Assembly (NCBI RefSeq): GCF_006345805.1
Contig: NW_021825584.1
Span: 1-15,015 of the forward strand
Direction of reading: 5' to 3'
Source of the DNA: Octopus sinensis
Lineage: Eukaryota
DNA length: 15,015 nt
Below are positions 9,277-15,015 of this stretch, one piece after another (positions within the stretch are counted from its first letter, which is position 1; every line of letters starts with the position of its first letter). Under the pieces are notes generated by a model that saw only the letters and a program-made list of their open reading frames with translations, was not told the origin of the DNA and ran no database searches. Made by a program: the position numbers and the translations under genes.

Positions 9277-9599
9277 TGGCACTCTGTCGGTTGCGACGAC
9301 TAGGTATGCAGTTGATCCGATCAACGAATAATCTGCTCGTAATATTTAACGTGCAAGTGGCTGAGTGCTCCACAGACACGCGTACACTTAACGTAGTTAT
9401 CAGAGAGATACAGCGTGACACAGAGTGTGACAAAGCTGGTCCTTTGAAATACAGGTAAAACTCATTTTTACCAGTTGAGTGGACTGGAGCAATGTGAAAT
9501 AAAGTGTCTTGCTCAAGAACACGGCGTGTCACGACGAATTGAACTCACGAACTTGCGACCGTCAGCCGAGTACTTTAACCATTTAGCCACACGTCTTCA
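9277..9599 (-). mobile_element. tRNA-headed SINE, family E
   Basis: Reverse complement is colinear with 6966-7285. Confidence 0.88.
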
Positions 9600-9645
9600 T
9601 ACACAAATATATAATAGGGAAGGAACAGTCGATAAAATCAAATTT

Positions 9646-9815
9646 ATTGGCAGAATGGGTAGCAAGCTGGACAAAATGCTTCGCTGCATTTTTTCGGGCT
9701 CTATGTACTGTGTTCCAATCCCACAGAGGTCGATTTCGCCTTTTAATGTGTCGTAGTTAAAATTAGAACCAGTTAAGAACTGGTCTCGATGTGATGGGCT
9801 AGCCCACTTCTCCCT
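9646..9815 (+). mobile_element. Diverged SINE family B
   Basis: TGGCAGAATGGGTAGCA...AAATGCTT...GAGGTCGATTTCGCCTTT. Confidence 0.7.
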
Positions 9816-9949
9816 CTATGGCTCGTCTTATAGCCTTTACACGTTTGGCAAAGCATTGAGTAGCAATCATGATGTTGCCATTTTGATACTCAGAACGATT
9901 CATCATAATACAGGTGACCGTTTTCCAATATTCAGATGTCTTCTTGCTT

Positions 9950-10100
9950 AACGTTCTAAGTTCAAATTCCACCGAGGTCGACTTTGCCTTTCATCCTTTC
10001 GAGGTCGATAAAATAAGTAAAAATTAAGCAATGTGGTGGAGATAATCTACCTAGACCCACCCCCAAAATTGTTAGCTTTGTACCAAAATTTCGAAGCAAT
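9950..10100 (+). mobile_element. SINE family B, 5'-truncated, third tail variant
   Basis: ACGTTCTAAGTTCAAATTCCACCGAGGTCGACTTTGCCTTTCATCCTTTCGAGGTCGATAAAATAAGTA. Confidence 0.85.
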
Positions 10101-10252
10101 ATTCTGATGGCTTCCAGTCCTCCATGTCTGCTGACTTTTTCTCAACTACAAATTTTAATCGTTATTCTCTCCAACACCGTTGACTGTTCACCTGCACATC
10201 GATCTTTTCTTGGAACTGTTAGACATAAAATCTCTAAATGTAGCCTGAACAC

Positions 10253-10254
<2 letters not shown>

Positions 10255-10289
<35 letters not shown>
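10255..10289. repeat. (TG)n microsatellite
   Basis: Direct reading. Confidence 0.97.
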
Positions 10290-10292
<3 letters not shown>

Positions 10293-10567
10293 TCTTAAGA
10301 CAACTCTTACGAGTAAGTAACTGCACGTATTAAAAATATGGACGCCGCGTTTATATAAACATACAGGGCCCTGTACTAATAAGAAAAAAAAATAATAAAA
10401 GCCATCTGATATGTAAACAGACACACTAACACAATATGTCAGCTTGTATACATAAATACATGTATGTATACACATACACACAAACATTCATACACGCTCG
10501 CAGACACACACGTATATATAGATGTCAATCCATGTACATATAAAAATTTTGATAGCTTTCTGTATAC

Positions 10568-10839
10568 TTCTACAACAATTAATTGCGCCATGTTTGCCTA
10601 GAAGGACAAAGCTAGGCATTGTTACAGAACGTTAGAACAAGGCATAGTATCTTCGTTGTCAATCTCTTTAAGGCTAATTAACTAAGTTCAATAGGTAATA
10701 ATAATGTTTGCAAAACTATAACTGCTAATGATGATTCATCAATGACTTAGTTAATTACATGGAAGTGATAAATCGCTTCATTATATTCTGGAAAACGTTT
10801 AATATCCATAAACAAACGCTGCATATGCATAAATGCGTA
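10568..10839 (+). repeat. Left arm of a ~270-bp inverted duplication
   Basis: Reverse complement of 14425-14697; core 10650-10800 matches at 149/151. Confidence 0.95.
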
Positions 10840-10954
10840 CGCATGTATATATGTGTATATATTTTTGTCATTGTGTGTATGCGTGAGTGTACATGCATGC
10901 ACACAACCATGCAACTGTTCTTAAATACACCAACTATCAATTAATTCATACAAA

Positions 10955-10979
10955 CATGTGTGTGTGTGTGTCTATATAT

Positions 10980-11022
<43 letters not shown>

Positions 11023-11052
11023 TGTGTGTCTCTGTGTGTGTGTGTGTGTGTA
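10955..11052. repeat. (TG)n compound microsatellite
   Basis: Direct reading. Confidence 0.97.
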
Positions 11053-11054
11053 TG

Positions 11055-11746
11055 CAGCAGAGCCTCGCAGTACGAGTGCCCCATTTTACGAGTAATTTAC
11101 TGTACGATTCAAGACTCATGCGAATTTAGTCTTGAAATACGAAATCCGCAGTATGAGCGAGTTTCATACGAGCGATCACTAGTCGGCGCTGAGCTCGCAC
11201 ACACTCTCCCAACAGCCGCGGTCTCGGCTCGCTCAGTTCACGCGTTTGTAGCAGCATCCCTGTTGTATTATCTCCTCTGTTTTTGTTTACTTTTGTACAT
11301 TTTTTTTTTGCTATCATTTTATAATAATTAGTTGTTAGCCATGGGTTCTAATAAGATAGTGTTGAGAAGAAAAAAAAAACTGACTGCGATAGAATTAAAG
11401 AAGGAAATCATTGATAAATACGACCGAAGCACATCGACGATTTGTACCATCCTGCAGAAAAAGGACGAGATCAAGGCCGTTACAACAGCAATGGGTATCT
11501 CCAGGCTCACAAAGCAACACACATCTGTCCACGAAAGGATGGAAAAAACTACTTTTCGTGTGGATCAACGAGAAGCAGGTTGCAAGGGATATGATTACGG
11601 AGACCATCATCTGCAAGAAAGCACGAGCGCTGTATGGGGATCTCCTGAAGCAGAACCCTGGAACATCGACGGAGGTGACATCAACAGACGCATTTAAGGC
11701 CAGTCGCGGCTGGTTTGATAGTTTCAAGAAGAGGACTGGGGTATAT
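11055..11746 (+). mobile_element. 5' remnant of a pogo/Tigger DNA transposon (CENP-B-type HTH region)
   Basis: From ATG 11341: IELKKEIIDKY...STICTILQKK, then after a frameshift near 11550 LLFVWINEKQ...IICKKARALYGDL...FKASRGWFDSFKKRTG (the Tigger/TIGD ASxGWF motif). Probable left TIR CAGCAGAGCCTCGCAGTACGAG at 11055, with subterminal TACGA repeats (11071, 11087, 11103, 11138, 11167). DDE domain and right TIR are absent. Confidence 0.9.
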
Positions 11747-12372
11747 TTCAGCAGTAATCTCAAAAGGTTGTCTTCTTCAGAGAATGATTGCATAAAATAC
11801 AGTTTAATGACCGCTCCTCGAAGATGACATGTTCGTGTTTCAGTCCCTCTGGAAACTTCTTTTTTCTCAACACAGCAAAGCATACTAATTTTATATTTAT
11901 AGACATAAGTTACGTAAAAACATAGTTTTTGTAAATATTTATTTTCATTCGTATCTTTTATTTTCATCGTTAATTTTTTTATTTTATTTTATTTTTTTAA
12001 TTTTTTATTTGAATTAAATTATGGCTTGTACAGTAGGGTCCGGCGAACCTATTTTACATATGCATATTTGTTTAAATAATTAAAACATAGTTTATAGTAT
12101 CAAACTATGAGAAGGTGATATAGAGGCCTGATGATTGGGGCTGTATTTTAAGAATGGTTCCAGCAAAACACGGCGTGGTTAACGAACCAGGAAATGTACC
12201 ACAAGAAACACGTGTAAGCCAAGTTATTAAGTAGTAAGTATTTAAATTAAAATTCTTTTACATGGTGAGATGAAGGGGCTTACTATCACTAAATGAAAAT
12301 ATATATTTCCTCATTGAGAATAATTTGAACCCTTGGTATGCCGGAATTTTTATTCCCTAACAAATAAATTAA

Positions 12373-12562
12373 ATATATATATATATATAATATATATATT
12401 ATAATATACATACATATCTACATACGCATATATATGTGTGTATGTGTGTGTATATTTATAAATGTATGTGTGTATGTATGTATGTATTTATATATATATA
12501 TATATATATAGATAGATAGATACATACATACAACATACATACATGTATATATATATTATATG

Positions 12563-12594
<32 letters not shown>

Positions 12595-12629
12595 ATATAT
12601 ATAGATACATACATATATATATATATATG

Positions 12630-12681
<52 letters not shown>

Positions 12682-12700
12682 GTATGTATGTATGTATGTA

Positions 12701-12748
<48 letters not shown>

Positions 12749-12810
12749 TATATATATATTATGTATGTATCATCTATATATTATATATATATATATATAT
12801 TTATATTGTA
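12373..12810. repeat. Long compound (TA)n/(TATG)/(TACA) microsatellite
   Basis: Direct reading; source of the poly-YI ORFs. Confidence 0.98.
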
Positions 12811-12926
12811 TAGAGGGCATTATTACACATAAATGCCTCACACTAAGAGGGACAAAGTCATTCTACCAAAATTACACTAATCGTACCTAATGCAGTTCTT
12901 ATTAAGAAGTTATCCTTAATTGTTAA

Positions 12927-12929
<3 letters not shown>

Positions 12930-12982
<53 letters not shown>
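12930..12982. repeat. (TA)n microsatellite
   Basis: Direct reading. Confidence 0.98.
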
Positions 12983-12988
<6 letters not shown>

Positions 12989-12989
12989 A

Positions 12990-13190
12990 ATTAAATCCAA
13001 ACAAGAAAACACAAAAAAACACAAACAACGCGAAGACGTGGAACAAATATAGTATTATTGGACGCTCAGGAAAGAAGGAGGGTTTAACGTTATGAGCAGA
13101 GCTCTTCGTCGGAAACATAGGAGAAGGAAAGATCCCGAGAAGGGAAGACAGAGGAAAAAAATCGCCAAAGGTGTACACACGAGGTCACAT
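12990..13190 (-). mobile_element. Penelope-like element terminal repeat (pLTR) remnant
   Basis: ~200-bp block between two (TA)n arrays, with a partial second copy at 8706. It carries a minimal hammerhead-like motif, a known hallmark of Penelope-like terminal repeats. Confidence 0.6.
13082..13116 (-). ncRNA. Degenerate minimal type I hammerhead ribozyme-like motif
   Basis: Minus strand reads GTTT-CCGACGA-A-GAGC-TCT-GCTC-ATAA-CGTT-AAAC: stem I GTTT/AAAC, a CUGANGA-like core, stem II GAGC/GCTC, a GAAA-like core and a palindromic ACGT stem III. The core carries substitutions. Confidence 0.5.
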
Positions 13191-13252
13191 ATATATATAT
13201 ATATACGTACATAGATACATACATACACACACATATATATAAATACACACAC

Positions 13253-13285
<33 letters not shown>

Positions 13286-13331
13286 TATATTTAATTATAT
13301 ATATATATGTGTGTGTGTGTGGTGTGTGTGT
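13189..13331. repeat. Compound (TA)/(CA)/(TG) microsatellite
   Basis: Direct reading. Confidence 0.95.
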
Positions 13332-13640
13332 GTGGAGGCGCAATGGCTCAGTGGTTAGGGCGGCGCACTCGCGGTCGTAGGATCGCGGTTTCGATTCCCA
13401 GACCAGGCGTTGTGAGTGTTTATTGAGCGAAAACACATAAAAAAGCTCCATGAAGCTCCGGCAGGAGGTGGTGATCCCAGCTGTACTCTTTCACCACTCT
13501 TTCTCTCACTTTTTCTTCTGTTGGCCTGCTCGCTTAGCCAGCGGGGTGACGCCATTCGCGGGCTAAAACAATGCGAACGCATTGTGACCAGCGATGTGTT
13601 GCAACATCTGATGGTCTGGTCGGTCACGTGATTACGTGAT
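13332..13640 (+). mobile_element. tRNA-headed SINE, family D' (D-type head and body, different 3' end)
   Basis: A box TGGCTCAGTGG, B box GGTTTCGATTCC, body TGAGCGAAAACAC...ACTCTTTC...TTTCTCTCACT as in D. The tail ends GGTCACGTGATTACGTGAT. Confidence 0.88.
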
Positions 13641-13665
13641 AGATATATATACATATATATAGCTA

Positions 13666-13953
13666 GTGGAGGCACATGCCCTAGTGGTTAGAGCTGCGGA
13701 GTTGAGGTCGAGGGATCGTGGGTTCGAATCTCATATGGGACGGTGTGTGTGTTTATGAGCGAAACACCTAAGCTCCACGCGGCTCCAGCAGAAGGTAATG
13801 GCAAACATCTGTTGACTCTTTCGGCACAACTTTCTCTCACTCTTTCCTCCTGTATGTAACAGCCCACCTGCGACGGACCGGCATCCCGTTCAGGTGAGGA
13901 ACGTATACGCCAATGAAACCGGGGAACCAGGCATATCTCGAGGAGGAACAAAC

Positions 13954-13956
<3 letters not shown>
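13666..13956 (+). mobile_element. tRNA-headed SINE, family D
   Basis: Colinear with 5421-5723; the tail runs into (AC)n. Confidence 0.92.

Positions 13957-14042
<86 letters not shown>
13955..14042. repeat. (AC)n microsatellite at the SINE tail
   Basis: Direct reading. Confidence 0.97.
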
Positions 14043-14044
<2 letters not shown>

Positions 14045-14112
14045 TATATGGTTGTTAGTAATATGTTGTGCATGTATAGTAACATTACAATCATGAAATT
14101 AGCATTAGCTTA

Positions 14113-14165
14113 TCTCACGGTTTCTTGCGGAACCCTAGGGTTGCGGAGAACACCGGTCGACAAAT
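14113..14165. mobile_element. Possible hAT/Charlie-type non-autonomous end remnant
   Basis: GCGGAACCCTAGGGTTGCGGAGAACACCGG with the palindrome AACCCTAGGGTT (14131-14142) resembles subterminal sequence of Charlie-like MITEs. Short, and no TIR confirmed. Confidence 0.35.
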
Positions 14166-14424
14166 GGTAACCAAATATAATGTCACGATACGGTGAATCT
14201 GCTGATGTTCAATCTGCTAGGAGGAAAACTCGAAGGTTGCTGTCTGAACAGTGTTGAATGCGTAACGAAGCTTGCATTGTGGATTACAGTATATGGAAAC
14301 GGAAGAGGATGTTGAAGGAAACGAGTATATAGAATGGATACATAAACACAAACACAAACACATATTCAAAGGACACACACACACACACACACACAAACAT
14401 ATATAAAACCTGTGTGTATCTACA

Positions 14425-14697
14425 TACGCATGTATGCATATGCATCGTTTGTTTACGGATATAAAACGTTTTCCAGAATATAATGAAGCGATTTATCACT
14501 TCCATGTAATTAACTAAGTCATTGATGAATCATTATTAGCAGTTATAGTTTTGCAAACATTATTATTACCTATTGAACTTAGTTAATTAGCCTTAAAGAG
14601 TTTGACAACGAAGACACTGTGCCTTGTTCAAACATTAGAGCAACAATACCAAGCTTTGTCCTGCTAGACAAACATAGTGCAATTAATCGTTCTAGAA
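14425..14697 (-). repeat. Right arm of the ~270-bp inverted duplication
   Basis: Reverse complement of 10568-10839. Confidence 0.95.
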
Positions 14698-14714
14698 AGC
14701 TAGCGCCATTTACG

Positions 14715-14729
14715 TTATATATAATATAT

Positions 14730-14794
<65 letters not shown>

Positions 14795-14838
14795 ATATAT
14801 GTATGTATATATCATCATATACATATAATATATATATA
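14715..14838. repeat. (TA)n compound microsatellite
   Basis: Direct reading. Confidence 0.97.
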
Positions 14839-15015
14839 CGTGTATATGCTAATTGCTCTGTAAGTACACTAGAGAAAAAGCAAAACAAAAAAAAGAAACA
14901 AGTATTTTCAAAGCTCTCGTTTCCTCCTCGGTCACTAATCGGGCTTTCTTCTCCACCAATCATTCTGTTCTGTAGCAGTGTTGGGTACTAGAAAAAAAGT
15001 TTTAGCCTTTATTCG

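Noticed and set aside
10759-10944. MEVINRFIIFWKTF... ORF duplicated at 14284-14505(-)
   Set aside because: A by-product of the inverted duplication. Identity is highest upstream of the ATG, and both ORFs run into unrelated microsatellite.
7991-11746. Domesticated HTH-only proteins from the mariner or Tigger remnants
   Set aside because: Both have internal deletions in the HTH region plus a stop or frameshift, which fits neutral decay.
12456-13252. Poly-YI ORFs
   Set aside because: Translations of (TA)n arrays.
10568-14697. Arms as long TIRs of a MULE/foldback transposon carrying the Tigger fragment
   Set aside because: No TSD outside the arms, identity peaks centrally rather than at the termini, and the Tigger piece has its own TIR-like start at 11055. 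Not fully excluded.
1-15015. CRISPR array or prokaryotic operon
   Set aside because: No regularly spaced repeats with unique spacers and no gene-dense coding; recurring sequences are dispersed eukaryotic SINEs.

Overview
AT-rich eukaryotic non-coding DNA (intronic or intergenic). The SINE and microsatellite complement points to a coleoid cephalopod, most likely Octopus; this is an inference, not a database result. No intact host gene can be supported. The window is a dense mosaic of tRNA-headed SINEs (families labelled A-F here), microsatellites ((AAT)n, (TA)n, (TG)n, (GGT/GGC)n) and decayed transposons: an R4/Dong-type non-LTR retrotransposon, a mariner, a pogo/Tigger, and Penelope-like terminal repeats, one with a degenerate hammerhead-ribozyme motif. 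The most unusual structure is a ~270-bp inverted duplication (10568-10839 vs 14425-14697). Its 151-bp core is 149/151 identical and internally palindromic, while the outer flank is only ~81% identical. Boundaries were read by eye and may be off by a few bases.
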